Shown: positions 38,124 to 48,723 of the stretch, one piece after another
Position numbering within the stretch: the stretch's first letter is position 1
How the letters are laid out: each line of letters begins with the position of its first letter
NCBI GenBank assembly: GCA_965223905.1
Contig: CBDCXV010000009.1
Location: 800,001-864,000, forward strand
Direction: 5' to 3'
Origin: Candidatus Latescibacterota bacterium
GTDB taxonomy: Bacteria > Latescibacterota > UBA2968 > UBA8231
DNA: 64,000 nucleotides
The notes under the pieces: generated by a model
The model's database searches: none
What the model was told of the DNA's origin: nothing
The model's input: the letters and a program-made list of their open reading frames with translations, nothing else
Position numbers and translations under genes: made by a program

Positions 38124-39293
38124 ATGCAACGTCCCAAAATGCTCTCGGCAACCTTCGTGCGAAACGTGAACCGGTCCGGCCGCTACGGCGACGGGCGCGG
38201 CGGCTTCGGGCTCTCGCTGCTGGTCAAGCCTAGGGAGGACAACGGGCGGCTGTCCAAGACGTGGAGCCAGCGGCTGCGAATCGACGGGGAGCTGACCAAC
38301 GTCGGGCTCGGGCCGTATCCGCTAGTGACGCTCAAGGAGGCGCGGGACAAGGCGCTGACCAATCGCCGCGCCGTCGAGCAGGGCTCAGACCCCCGCGCCC
38401 AACGCGCCGCCTCCCGCGTTCCCACCTTCGCCGCCGCCGCCGAGGCCGTCATCCGGATTCACGCCGAGACCTGGAAGAACGGGGGCCGGTCGGAGGACAA
38501 CTGGCGCAAGAGTCTCGGCGAGTACGCCATGCCGAAGCTCGGGCGCAAGCCGGTGGACAAGATCACCACGTCGGACGTGCTGGCCGTCATCACGCCGATC
38601 TGGTCGTCGCGGCGGGAGACGGCCAAGCGGGTGCGCCAGCGCATCTCGGCGGTGATGAAGTGGGCGGTTGCCGAGGGCCACCGCGAGGACAACCCGGCCG
38701 GCGACGCCATCCAGGCGGCCTTGCCGAAGAACGAGACGGTGAAGGTCCACTACAAAGCCTTGCCGCACGGCGAGGTAGGCGCGGCCCTGCGCACGATGCG
38801 GGGCGTCGACACCTGGCCGCTGAAGAAGCTGGCTCTCGAGTTCCTCGTGCTCACGGCGACGCGCTCCAATGAAGTCCGGGGGGCGCGCTGGGACGAAATC
38901 GACGGGGAGGCGTGGACGATCCCGGCCGAGCGCATGAAAAAGGGCAGGGAGCACCGGGTGCCGCTGGCTCGGCGAGCCCTGGCGGTGCTGGAAGAGGCGC
39001 GCGCCTTCGACGACGGCTCGGGGCTGGTGTTCCCCAGCTCGCGCGGCGGCAAACAGTCGGATGGGTCGCTGTCGCAGTTCGTCAAGCACCTGGGCATTGC
39101 CGCGGTGCCGCACGGGTTCCGGAGCAGCTTCCGCGATTGGGCCGCCGAGTGCTCGGCCGCGCCCCGGGAGGTCTGCGAACTCGCCCTGGCCCACGTCAAC
39201 GACGACCAGACGGAAGCGGCCTACCGGAGAAGCGATCTGTTCGATCTGCGCCGCAAGCTGATGGAGGATTGGGAGGCGTATCTGGAGGTCTGA
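38124..39293 (+). CDS. tyrosine integrase, P4/IntA-like with arm-binding domain
   Basis: YGDG..GLSL.V, GLGPYPLVTL.EAR arm domain; catalytic ATRSNE, MKKG.EH.VPL, PHGFRSSF, LAH and AY.R. Confidence 0.95.
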   Translation: MQRPKMLSATFVRNVNRSGRYGDGRGGFGLSLLVKPREDNGRLSKTWSQRLRIDGELTNVGLGPYPLVTLKEARDKALTNRRAVEQGSDPRAQRAASRVPTFAAAAEAVIRIHAETWKNGGRSEDNWRKSLGEYAMPKLGRKPVDKITTSDVLAVITPIWSSRRETAKRVRQRISAVMKWAVAEGHREDNPAGDAIQAALPKNETVKVHYKALPHGEVGAALRTMRGVDTWPLKKLALEFLVLTATRSNEVRGARWDEIDGEAWTIPAERMKKGREHRVPLARRALAVLEEARAFDDGSGLVFPSSRGGKQSDGSLSQFVKHLGIAAVPHGFRSSFRDWAAECSAAPREVCELALAHVNDDQTEAAYRRSDLFDLRRKLMEDWEAYLEV

Positions 39294-39621
39294 CCCCGCA
39301 AAGTGATAACCACCTTGGAATCTGAACGCCTCTGAAATGTTTTTTTTAATGCCATACAATTTCGTACCTAATACGGGGAGATTTTCGGCCATTTTTCCCT
39401 TGACGTATCCGCGCGCAGTATTTTCGTTTTATTCCGTAGCATAAGCTGTAAAGGTGTTTCGGGGTTAAGACGCTCAGAGAGCCTCTCTGCTTTCCCCCCC
39501 CTGAAGCAGCTACCTCTCCGGAGATCCCAGCGCCACAACACAACGACAAACTGTCAGGCTTTAATCGACACCCGATTAAGCCTGACTTGGGATAGGTATG
39601 CCCAAAAAGGAGAAATGTGCA

Positions 39622-39840
39622 ATGGCGGAAGAAAAAAGATTCCTTCGTCTTCCGGAGGTTCTTAAGCGCACTGCTCTGAGCCGGACGTCGATCTGGCGGA
39701 TGATGAAGCGGAACGAGTTTCCCAGAAACGTGCGGCTGGGGGCTCGCGCGGTTGCTTGGAGGGAGTCGGACGTCGAGAAGTGGATGGACACCCGCCCGCC
39801 GACGAAGCCTCGGAAAAAAACCGCCAGTCGTCCTGAGTGA
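39622..39840 (+). CDS. AlpA-family regulator / recombination directionality factor
   Basis: FLRLPEV..RT.LSRTSIWR.....FP..V.LG.RAVAW.ESDV..W; RBS AAGGAG. Confidence 0.9.
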   Translation: MAEEKRFLRLPEVLKRTALSRTSIWRMMKRNEFPRNVRLGARAVAWRESDVEKWMDTRPPTKPRKKTASRPE

Positions 39841-39893
39841 ATGAACTGCCTTCGTCGCTAGCCGTTTCGGACACGGTGCGTGAGTTCATATGG

Positions 39894-39974
39894 CCACGTC
39901 AGCGACGACCAGACGGAAGCGGCCTATCGGAGAAGCGATCTGTTCGATCTGCGCCGCAAGCTGATGGAGGATTG
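39894..39974 (+). repeat. 81-bp direct repeat of the integrase 3' end (39191-39271)
   Basis: Two mismatches over 81 bp. Confidence 0.9.
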
Positions 39975-40623
39975 CTGGTAGAGCTGGTACTATTGGCCCT
40001 ACAACAGATCGGGGCCGGAGGCAACAGCGATCCGGTCACACCAATATGGGAAAGGACAACCTCATGGATTCGAAAGTATCTGGGGACCGCGCTCTGGCTG
40101 ACTACTTACAGCATAAAAAGCCACCTACCGGCAGGAAGAATAAAATTAAATTCACCTCCCGTCGCGCGGATCAAGTAAAAACAGGGAGGGTATAGTGACA
40201 CCACAAAAGGGGTATTGTGACACCACTCCAAAAAATAAAATTTGGTTGGTTTGTTTCAAAGCCGTTGCAATGGCCCATTTTCCTCTTGACCCGTCGATCA
40301 ACTACCCCCAATTTTATGTCGTTGCAAAAGAATTTCGTACGTCTCAGGCGGGGCCGGGAGGCTCGGCTCCTCCTGCGGCTAGCTCGGTGCCGCAGTTCGC
40401 ACCGGGAATCGACAGGAAAATATACCGAACGGTTCAGTCGTTTCAGGAACGCCACACTTAGGCCGGAGAAAGTAGAGCCCGAAACCAACCCTCTTCGGGT
40501 TCCTCCTGGAGCCAGCCCGGCGCCGCTTTTTTAAGCACCGGGAATCCAATAGCCACCACACAACGTCACTTGGCGTCGGGACAGGTATGTCCGACGCCAA
40601 GTGAAGAACGGAGTCATGTGGTT

Positions 40624-40812
40624 ATGGACGAATCCAGGAGGATTCTCCGTGAGCGAGAAGTTATCGAGATGACCGGCGTGAGCCGGAGCAGCCTGCGGCG
40701 CTGGGAGAAGAAGGGCGACTTCCCCAAACGCCTGAAACTGGGTCCCCGCGCCGTTGGCTGGCGGGGCTCGGACATCCACAGGTGGCTTCGTAACCGGAAG
40801 CCCACCGGTTGA
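40624..40812 (+). CDS. second AlpA-family regulator
   Basis: ILREREV.EMTGVSRSSL.RWEK.G.FPKRLKLGPRAVGW. Confidence 0.88.
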   Translation: MDESRRILREREVIEMTGVSRSSLRRWEKKGDFPKRLKLGPRAVGWRGSDIHRWLRNRKPTG

Positions 40813-40889
40813 AGTCCCACCGCCCGGCCGTTTTCGGCCTGGCGGTGGGTCCGGCTCGGGGGAGGTTGAGCAGCCTGACCCCCCGGGAG

Positions 40890-41790
40890 GCGGAAAGCAG
40901 CTGCTTTCCGCCTCCCGGTCGGCGCACACTCGCCGGGCCTACAAAGCGGCGCTGAGGGCGTTCGACGAGGCGGCGGCCGGCCATGAAATCACGGATGATT
41001 TGGTGGCCGACTACCTGTCTGGAAAGTTCCCCGCCGACAAATCGCCGTCGACCTGCGGCCAGATCGTGGCCGGGCTCCGGTTTCGTGCCAAGCTGCGCGG
41101 AACCCGAGCGCCGATCGGTCGCCTGGCCGATCGGTCGCCTGACCGAACGGGTGCTTGTGGGCATCCGCCGACTGGGCCACGACCGGGGACGGGGCCAGGT
41201 GGCCGGAGTCGACTTTCCCCAAGCCGCGGCCGTGGCCGCCACAGCGACCGCCTTGCGGTGACCTAGCGGGTCTGCGCGATGCGGCCCTGATCGACACCAT
41301 GTCGGACGGGCTGCTGCGCCTGAACGAGGCGGCCGCGCTCCTGATCGAGGACCTCACCTTCCAACCCGACGGCTCGGGACCTCTCCTGATCCGGTCGAGC
41401 AAGAATGATCCGCAAAGAACCGGTGCGGTGGTGTATCTGGGTTCTCCGACGGTGGCCCGGACCCGGGCTTGGCTGGAAGCCTCCGGCATCCAGGAAGGGC
41501 CGTTGTTCCGCCGTTTGCATCGGGGCGGAACGGTCGGCCAAACCGGCCTGAGGACGGTGTCTGTGCGCAACATCATCAAGTGCAGGTGCCCCGAGGCCGG
41601 GGATCGAGGGGCCTATCTCCGGCCACTCGCTGAGGGTCGGGGGCGCCCAGTCGCTGGCGGCCTGCGGGGGCCGACTTGGTCGAAATGCATGCAGACGGGC
41701 GGCTGGACGTCGCTGCAGATGCCGGTCACTACGCACGCGGTCAGCTGGCCGCCCAGGGAGCGTGGCGCGGATCAAGTACGGGAGGGGCTG
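40890..41790 (+). pseudogene. Cre-like tyrosine recombinase with multiple frameshifts
   Basis: LRDAALI..MSDGLLR..EAAAL, I.SSKND, GPLFRR, (other frame) SGHSLRVGGAQSL and MQTGGW.S..MP; short tandem duplication at ~41113-41144; bounds approximate. Confidence 0.78.
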
Positions 41791-41933
41791 ATGAAAAGGG
41801 TCAAGTATTCAACAGGGGTTAGTTTCACCCCGCCCTTCTCTTGGGAAAAGACGCCTCACTTCTCCCCAGGTCACCACCTCAAACCCTTCCTTTTCCCGGG
41901 CGGGAGGCACGGCCCGCACAATCCGCCATTCGG

Positions 41934-42242
41934 TCAGGGCCACAGCCCATCTGCGATGTTCGGGCAGGCGGTCAGACAGGTCTCGTCGTTGACTATAAAA
42001 CCAGACTCCGAGTCGAGGACCAGGCGCATTTGGACCCAGCCGCACACGACCAGGCACCCATGGTCGGCTTCCTCGCGAACGTCGCCGTACAGACCGAAGT
42101 CAATGTCGCGATAGGTGTTGAATACACGCTCTACCGTATTGCCCTCCTGCTCTCGGCCTACCGTTTCGGTCAGGGTGGTCTCATCGACAAACCTGAAGTC
42201 AGGGGACAACAATTCAGGATACTTTGTTGTCTGACTCGCCAA
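41934..42242 (-). CDS. hypothetical protein
   Basis: Last ORF of the minus-strand operon; GGAGGG upstream; start uncertain. Confidence 0.45.
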   Translation of the reverse strand: MASQTTKYPELLSPDFRFVDETTLTETVGREQEGNTVERVFNTYRDIDFGLYGDVREEADHGCLVVCGWVQMRLVLDSESGFIVNDETCLTACPNIADGLWP

Positions 42243-42309
42243 ACAGAGGGACGCGCCCTATTCCCTCCAAAAAAACGGGGTCAACAACTGCCCCCGCAGC
42301 AGCTGGCTT

Positions 42310-42810
42310 TTACCCCTGGGTCAACGCCTCCCTCCGTTCCTCCAACGCCTCCTGCAGTTCCTCCAGATACGGAAACCGCCTTTCCTCGAGCTCGGAGGCC
42401 AGGGTCTGATACTCGGCCCATTCGGGCGGCAGGACGGCTATCTGAGCGCCGGCCAACCGGGTGTCGGAGGTGACTTTCATTCCGGGGTCCCATTCGCTGG
42501 CGGGGCAGGCATGAATCGCCCTGCCCTCCTTCGTAGCGCGCACTACCACGGCCAGTTGCCACCTGCCCCCTTCGGGTTGCTTCACGCCGACGACGTGGCC
42601 CTTGCGGACTTTCAGTTCGGTGCCGTCGACCAGGGGCACGTGCTTGATCTCCCCGAGGTTTTTCCGAAGGCGCTGATAGTAGGACTTCCAGCGATTGTTG
42701 GCCTTGTTCCCCTGTCGTATCCCTGAGCAGGCCTCGGAGCAGGTCTTGACGTTCGGCTTTTCTCTCAGCCGGGCGGCTGGAATGGTTTTTGGACACACAC
42801 TGCACTTCAT
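42310..42810 (-). CDS. hypothetical protein with N-terminal Zn-finger (CxxC...TCSxxC)
   Basis: MKCSVC...TCSEAC; purine-rich RBS. Confidence 0.6.
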   Translation of the reverse strand: MKCSVCPKTIPAARLREKPNVKTCSEACSGIRQGNKANNRWKSYYQRLRKNLGEIKHVPLVDGTELKVRKGHVVGVKQPEGGRWQLAVVVRATKEGRAIHACPASEWDPGMKVTSDTRLAGAQIAVLPPEWAEYQTLASELEERRFPYLEELQEALEERREALTQG

Positions 42811-42873
42811 GGTCTTTCCCTTTCCCTCTTTGGTATCCACTCCCTGGTATACTGGGGCGGTCCTGCTCCCCGT

Positions 42874-43065
42874 TCACAGCAGCCCCCTCAGGACACGGAG
42901 GAGGCGATTGAGGATGCGCCAGCCCAGGGCGGCTTTCCTGTTGCGCTCGATCCACTCGGCTTTGAGGCGCCCGTTTTCCCGGCGTCGCTCGTCGGCCGCC
43001 TCCTGGTCGACCGCGGCGGCGGCCTCGAAATCCCGTGGCGTCAGGGGTTTCCGTTCCTCCTCCAT
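42874..43065 (-). CDS. small hypothetical protein
   Basis: RBS GGAGG; 63 aa; co-oriented with the operon. Confidence 0.5.
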   Translation of the reverse strand: MEEERKPLTPRDFEAAAAVDQEAADERRRENGRLKAEWIERNRKAALGWRILNRLLRVLRGLL

Positions 43066-43120
43066 TTCGTCATCGCCTCCCCGGTGTTCCCCTAAAGATT
43101 GTCTGCCTGCGGGCCGGTAC

Positions 43121-43611
43121 TCAAGCCGGCGGCCCGCTTCTCAGCACGGTCACGGTCCCTTCCTCGTCGGTGAGGGTCAGGGTGTCCCCTGCGACCTCGA
43201 AGAAAAGCGGCGTGTCCTCGATGAGGCCGGCCTCCATGTCGGCGAGGATCTCCTCCCGCGCGGCGGCGATCTCCTCGCCGGTCAGCTTCTCGCCGGTGAT
43301 CTCCTCCATCGCGGCCACCAGCAGGGCCACCAGCTCGTCGACCAGCTCCTCCTGCGTCTGCCCGTTGAAGGTCAGGGTGGAAGGATCGACGGTGACCCGC
43401 AGGGAGTCCCCGTCCGTCTCCCACGTCCCCGAGTACTCGACGGTCAGGGTGTCGGTGCCCAGGGGGATCGTGGCGGACACCGACATACGGCATCGTCGCC
43501 CAGGTGCAGGATCAGGCCCTCGCCGTCCTGTTCGGTCTCCCACGTCCCGACCTGCGCCGTGCTTGCGCCGGCCAGCATCCCGACGAGGGCGAGGGTGATA
43601 GCTGCTCTCAT
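43121..43611 (-). CDS. acidic exported protein (lipocalin-like GTW motifs), one frameshift near 43490
   Basis: RBS AAGGAG; signal peptide MRAAITLALVGMLAGASTA; GTWETE/GTWETD; continues in a second frame. Confidence 0.6.
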
Positions 43612-43625
43612 GATGATTCTCCTTG

Positions 43626-43684
43626 CGGTTTCTTGGACGCGGCGGAAGTGCCGCGCCCTCATCAGCCCGTTGATTCGGGGACCG
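43626..43684 (-). ncRNA. type III hammerhead-ribozyme-like RNA (AA-insertion variant), copy 1
   Basis: CGGUC|CCCG-AAUCAA-CGGG-CUGAUGA-GGGCGCGGC-ACUUCC-GCCGCGUCC-AA-GAAA-CCG. Confidence 0.75.
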
Positions 43685-43721
43685 ATTCAGGGGGAGCGCC
43701 GGCAAACGCTCCCCCTTGCCA

Positions 43722-45745
43722 TCAACCGCCGTCGCCGGGGTTGGGATCGAAGCCGGGAGGCGTCCAGCGCCGCACGCGATCCTTGGCCCGGTCGGACAGC
43801 ACTTCGCCGTCCGGGTTGCGGAAGATCGCCTCTGCGTGCTCGGCCAGCTCGCCCTTCTTGTAGCCCCTGAACCCATCGGCCCATTCCTCGTCGCCGGTTT
43901 CGGCCATCGTCGTGAGGATGGCTTTTTTGGGGATGCGGTTCCAGAACACCTCCTTGGACAGCCGGACCTCGGCAAACGGCGGCCCGAGGCGCTCGATGGC
44001 GGCTTCCAGCTCGACGGCCCTGCCGGTCTCGATGCCGAGTTGGTTGGTCAGCATCGAGGCGACGCAGAAGGCGAGCACGTCCTGCTTGTCGTTCTCGGGG
44101 ACCTCGCAGAAGGCTTGCCAGCACTCCCGCACCGTGCGCTCCTCCTTCGTGGCCAGCCACGGCTCGTGGCGTTGGGTGAGGGCCGCCGCGATCTCCCGAA
44201 ACCGCGCCTCGCCGGGGTTGTTTTGGGCGAACCCGTCGTCGTTGGTGCGCGGCGGCGGATGCGTCGCCGTGACCTCTGCGGAAAGCTCCAGCGCGCGGCG
44301 GTCGTAGTAGAGGCGGTCGCCCAGCATCTGCCGGCCAAGCTGGAAGATGAGCAGGTCCACCGCAACGAGGGGCCGGGTGGCCAGTTCCGCCTTGACTATT
44401 GAGGTTCGGATGTGCTTCAGGTCGTCGGCCAGCGCCTGCGACACCCCGGCGTCCTTGCGGGCCTCGGCCTCCGGGTTGGACGCTGAGGGGGCCTTCGTCC
44501 GGGGCTTCACGGTGCCGTTGCCGGCGTGGCCGTTGCTGCCCGTTTCGACCACCGCCTGAGCGGCCGCCGCGTCGTCGGGACGGATCAGGCCGCTTTCCGC
44601 CCGGACCGTGCCCCCGTGGGCCAGGTAGATGCACACGCCGGACGCGGCCATCTGCTCGGGAAGGAACGCGGTCCGCTGCTCGACGGCGCCGGTGATCTCG
44701 TTGTGCTGCCGCTCCAGCCTTTCGTATTCGTCCTCGTCCCACTCGTCGCCGCCGTCGTCCTCGTTGTCGTCGTACGCCTCGTGCAAGGTGCCCATCTTCT
44801 CCTCAAGCTCTTCCAGCTTGGCGGCCTCCTCGGGCGTAGGCTCCGGCTCGGGGCGTGAAAGCGGCCGTAGCCGGCCAGCGCGGTGTAGTCGTACTCGAGC
44901 AGCACGTCGACCCACTTCCAGCCCTCCTTTTTCAACTCGGCGGCGACCTCGTTCAGCTTGCTTGTCGCCAGCGTTTTGAGCAGTTGCGGGTCGTCGATGT
45001 AGACGCCGGCCTCGTCGTTTTCCGCGAACAGGTCCCGCGTGACGGTGCCGCCTGCGGCCTCGTACGCCTCGACGCCGACGAACTGCACCGCCGCCGATCC
45101 GCCGTTCAGTTTCTCCTCGACCAGCGCCGAGCGGATCGAGCGCGGGTTGACGTGATAGTGGCCCTCTACCGCCTTGAAACACGTCAACTGCGCCTCGGGG
45201 TCCGGCGACACGGTGAAGGCCATCAGGGCCTCCAGGTTGAGCTCCTCGTCCCGGTAGGCTTGCAGCAGGTCGGGGTGGACGGTCGCCAGCCGCAGCCGCT
45301 TCTCGACGGTTACCGGGGTCACGCCGAAGCGCTCGGCGATCTCCTCGACGGTATGCCCGGCCTCGTGCAGCCCGCGGAAGGCTTCCACCTGGTCGGCGGG
45401 GTGCATGTCGGCGCGCACCACGTTCTCGACAAGGCTGATCTCCCCGATCTCGTCCTTGTCGCCCATGATGAGGCACGGTACCGGGTAGGTGTCGCGGTCG
45501 ATCTTGCCGGCTGCGGCCAAGCGCGTCAGCGCCCCGAGGCGACGGCCCCCGGCCACGACCTCGTAGGCGTCGTCGGCCTCGGGGTGTCCGGACAGCAGGA
45601 CGTTGAGGTTCTGACGGACCCCATGAGCCTCGATGGACGCTTCGAGCGAATCGTCGTCAGCCTGCGACGCGGGGGTGGTGCGGACGTTGTGTTGAGACAG
45701 GCACAGCTGTCTCAGCGGAATCATCTCGATGTGGGATACGGTCAT
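43722..45745 (-). CDS. long ParB/RepB/Spo0J-family protein (plasmid leading-region type), one frameshift at ~44852
   Basis: L.ASI.AHGVRQNL.V, YEVVAGGRRL.AL, SL.EN..RADMHPADQ.EAF, IAERFG...V.KRL.LA; the shift lies in a C4 run. Confidence 0.85.
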
Positions 45746-45824
45746 GATTCGAATTCTCACCTCTCAGAGTCGTTAAGAGGGGCGGACGCGCCCTGGTATA
45801 CTCGGGCACGTCCGCCCCCCCGGT

Positions 45825-46205
45825 TTAGTCCAGCGGTTGCAGCCGCCGCGCCTCGATCTCGACGATCGAGTGCGGGTTGTCGTCGTCGTCCCGCCACGAG
45901 TGCGACGCCAGCCTGCCGGTGACGAACACCGGCGACTGCTTGCGGAGGCCGCAGGCGCCGTATTCGGCCTCCTTGCCGCGAGCGATGACGTTGAAGTAGT
46001 GGCATTCGTCCTGCCATTCGCCGTCGCGGTCGCGGTAGGAGCGGTGGACGACGAGCCGCAGGGACAGACGCGGCTGGCCCTCGTCGGTGATGCGGTACTC
46101 GGGGTCCATGTGCAGCCTGCCGGCGATGCACACCTGATTGACGGCGGGCATGGGCAGGGCCGGACGCGGCTCCTGTCGGGTCTGTTCGGTCATGGGGTTC
46201 TCCAT
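45825..46205 (-). CDS. ssb: single-stranded DNA-binding protein
   Basis: N.V.IAGRL..DPE.R, DGEWQDE..YFNV, LRK.S.VFVTGRL...SW, VEI.A..LQ.L; lacks the acidic tail. Confidence 0.88.
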   Translation of the reverse strand: MENPMTEQTRQEPRPALPMPAVNQVCIAGRLHMDPEYRITDEGQPRLSLRLVVHRSYRDRDGEWQDECHYFNVIARGKEAEYGACGLRKQSPVFVTGRLASHSWRDDDDNPHSIVEIEARRLQPLD

Positions 46206-46321
46206 TTGGGTAAGGGGGGACAGAAGCGCACAGGCGAGCCCGTGCGCCCCTCTCGTTGGGATTCAGCCGGTTCTCCGGTATTTGTCCGGCAGCCGCCTGA
46301 TGGCTTTCTGGCCCCGGTGCA

Positions 46322-46873
46322 TCACGAAGTCGGCCCCGGCCTCAGCTGCCTGCCGGTAGACGTCGGCGATAGTCGGCCCGGCCCCGTGCCGATAGCGTCC
46401 GAACCGCCACTTGAAATGGAGGTTGCGGCCCGCGAAGCCTTCGACGGCGGGGTGGGGTCGACCTCGATGATCTGCGCGACGGACAGGTAGACTTCCGCCG
46501 CGTCGGCCAGCATCTCCCGCACTTGAGGGTCATAGGTCCGCTTGGTGAAGTCCGTCACCCGGTACAGGTCCAGCGGGAAGTCCAACGGGGCGGGGTCATG
46601 GTACACGAGCCCGTTCCGCTGCTCGTCGAAGCGGGCGATCCACACCCGCGCCTCGGCGGGAAGCAGCCCGGCCAGCAGGTTGCTGTTCTCGATGAATTGC
46701 CCGTTGTCGTAGGCGATCAGGTGAACGCCGCCGGTATCGCAGAAACAGCCGGTGGCCCGGTTCGCGGCCAGCGCCGCAGGGCAGGAGCGGCACTTGGCGA
46801 TCTGCCCGTGCTTGATGTCCCCGTCCCGGATCTCGACGGTGACACTCAGCGCGGGGGTCAGGTTGTTGCCCAT
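46322..46873 (-). CDS. hypothetical protein
   Basis: RBS GAGGAGG; C..CP.ALA motif; the 3' end may be frameshifted. Confidence 0.55.
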   Translation of the reverse strand: MGNNLTPALSVTVEIRDGDIKHGQIAKCRSCPAALAANRATGCFCDTGGVHLIAYDNGQFIENSNLLAGLLPAEARVWIARFDEQRNGLVYHDPAPLDFPLDLYRVTDFTKRTYDPQVREMLADAAEVYLSVAQIIEVDPTPPSKASRAATSISSGGSDAIGTGPGRLSPTSTGRQLRPGPTS

Positions 46874-46937
46874 TCCGTTCTTTCCTCCTCAGCGTGATGG
46901 GCAGGGGGGCCGGCCCCAAACCGGCCCCCCTTGCCCT

Positions 46938-47117
46938 CTATGCAGCCGTGCGGCGAGCGGTGCGCCGCTGACGGGGGGTCGGGATGCCGTAGCGCCGGCA
47001 GAGCCGCCCGAAGCTGGACGGGGCGATCCCGAGGGCAGCGGCCGCGTCGCCGGTCGTGCGGTAGATCCGCGCCGCTTTCTCGATGCGCTCGGGCGGGTAG
47101 GCGGTTTGTTTGCTCAT
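46938..47117 (-). CDS. small Fis-like HTH protein
   Basis: MSKQTAYPPERIEKAARIYRTTGDAAAALGIAPSSFGRLCRRYGI; ATGA overlap with radC. Confidence 0.65.
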   Translation of the reverse strand: MSKQTAYPPERIEKAARIYRTTGDAAAALGIAPSSFGRLCRRYGIPTPRQRRTARRTAA

Positions 47118-47845
47118 ACGATGCCCGTCTCCTTCAGGCTGCAGAAATCCGAGCGGGCGATGATGATGTGATCGAGGACCTCGATGCCCATGATGAGCCC
47201 GGCCTCCCGGAGCCTGTGCGTCAGGTCGATGTCGTCCTTGGAGGGCGACACGTCCCCGGAGGGGTGATTGTGGGCGAGGATGACCGACGCCGCGCACTTG
47301 GCCACGCCGACCCGGAACACTTCGCGGGGGTGGACGATGGAGGCCGACAGCGAGCCGATGCTTACGACCTCCTTGTGGATCACCTGATTGCGGGCGTTCA
47401 GATACAGGCAGACGAAGAACTCTTTCGGTTCGTCCTTGATGTCGGCCAGCAGCGGAATCGTCTCGGTGGGGGTGCTGATGACGGGCAGGATGCCGATGCC
47501 GCGATCCAGCGCACGGCGGGCGATCTCGACGGCGGCCAGCAGACGCGCCGCGCGGCAGGACGTGACGCCGCGCAAGGCAGCCAGCTTGTCGACGCTCAGG
47601 TTGACCAGCTCACCGAAGTCGAAGCGCTCGGCGATCTCGCGGGCGTCCTCCTCGGTGCTGCCCAAGGCCACGGCGAGCAGCTCCGAATCGCGCATGGACT
47701 CGGCACCGTCCGAAATCAGCCGCTCGCGGCACGTAGGAGTCGCCAGAGGGCCGTCGTACACCGGGCCGGTCTCTGCTGATACCCTGTCGGCCCCGTGCGC
47801 CGGACGGGCGCAGGTGACGCGGTCTGCGGGGGTGTGCATCTTCAT
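47114..47845 (-). CDS. radC: RadC-family JAB/MPN-domain protein
   Basis: RERL...G.E...D.ELLA, KEFF..LYLN..NQVI, VHPREVF, AHNHPSGD.SPS..D and VLDHIII motifs. Confidence 0.93.
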   Translation of the reverse strand: MKMHTPADRVTCARPAHGADRVSAETGPVYDGPLATPTCRERLISDGAESMRDSELLAVALGSTEEDAREIAERFDFGELVNLSVDKLAALRGVTSCRAARLLAAVEIARRALDRGIGILPVISTPTETIPLLADIKDEPKEFFVCLYLNARNQVIHKEVVSIGSLSASIVHPREVFRVGVAKCAASVILAHNHPSGDVSPSKDDIDLTHRLREAGLIMGIEVLDHIIIARSDFCSLKETGIV

Positions 47846-47928
47846 GGCTATCCATTCTCCTTGACAGAGGGTGATGGTGTGTTGTGGGAGGGGGGGACCT
47901 TGCGCGGTCCTCCCCTCCCTTTTTGTGC

Positions 47929-48708
47929 CTACTCCAACAGCCGGCAGGCGATGCGGCCCAAGACTTCGCGGACCGCGTTCGTCGGCTCGGCGTGGATGAT
48001 CTCCTGCAGCTCGGCGGCGACCTCGGCCCGGACCTCGACGCAGACCTCGCCGCGCACTTCGTCGCGGATCCGCTGCCTGTGCCGGGTGGCCTCGGCGATG
48101 CGCTCCTGTTCCTCGACCACATCCCGCGCCCGCCGTACCTGTGCCTTCCAGTGCTCGCCGTTGAGGGTGTGCAGCCCGTTCTCGTACTGCGCCCGCGCCG
48201 GATGGCGGAAGCGCCGGAAGTCGAACGGTACCCAGTTGGCGAAGTCGGCCGCCGCCGCCTTCAGGATTTTCCCGGCGTCCATGCCGTGCTCGGGGTGCAA
48301 CTGAACCTCCAGCCGCTTGTCGAGAGGACGGGCGGCCAGTTCCAGCGCCACCCGCTCCAGCACGTCGAAGTCGCCGGCCCGGTCATAGGCGTCGATGGCG
48401 TTCTGAATCCAGTACTTGCACTGCACGTCGTCGGCCATCTTCACGGCGGTATCAAACTCGATGTCGTCCAGATCGCCGCCGGCGCGGATCTCGGCAGCCC
48501 GCCGCAGCCGCACCTTGCCCCCGTCGAAGCGGAACAGGTAGGCCGGCAGGGTCCACGGTTTCGCCTCGGCCGCCAGCGCGATGCAGGCCATCCGATCCCC
48601 GGCCAGCACGGCGGTGCGGTGCAGCTTGAGGAGCGTGTTATACGACCGCTTCACGGCGTCCCCTTGCCTGTCGTCAGCCCCGGCCCCGTTGCCGTTGGTG
48701 TGCTTCAT
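47929..48708 (-). CDS. hypothetical protein
   Basis: ATG after AAAGGA directly downstream of hammerhead-like copy 2; 259 aa with C-terminal coiled coil. Confidence 0.6.
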   Translation of the reverse strand: MKHTNGNGAGADDRQGDAVKRSYNTLLKLHRTAVLAGDRMACIALAAEAKPWTLPAYLFRFDGGKVRLRRAAEIRAGGDLDDIEFDTAVKMADDVQCKYWIQNAIDAYDRAGDFDVLERVALELAARPLDKRLEVQLHPEHGMDAGKILKAAAADFANWVPFDFRRFRHPARAQYENGLHTLNGEHWKAQVRRARDVVEEQERIAEATRHRQRIRDEVRGEVCVEVRAEVAAELQEIIHAEPTNAVREVLGRIACRLLE

Positions 48709-48723
48709 CGGTTTTCGTCCTTT

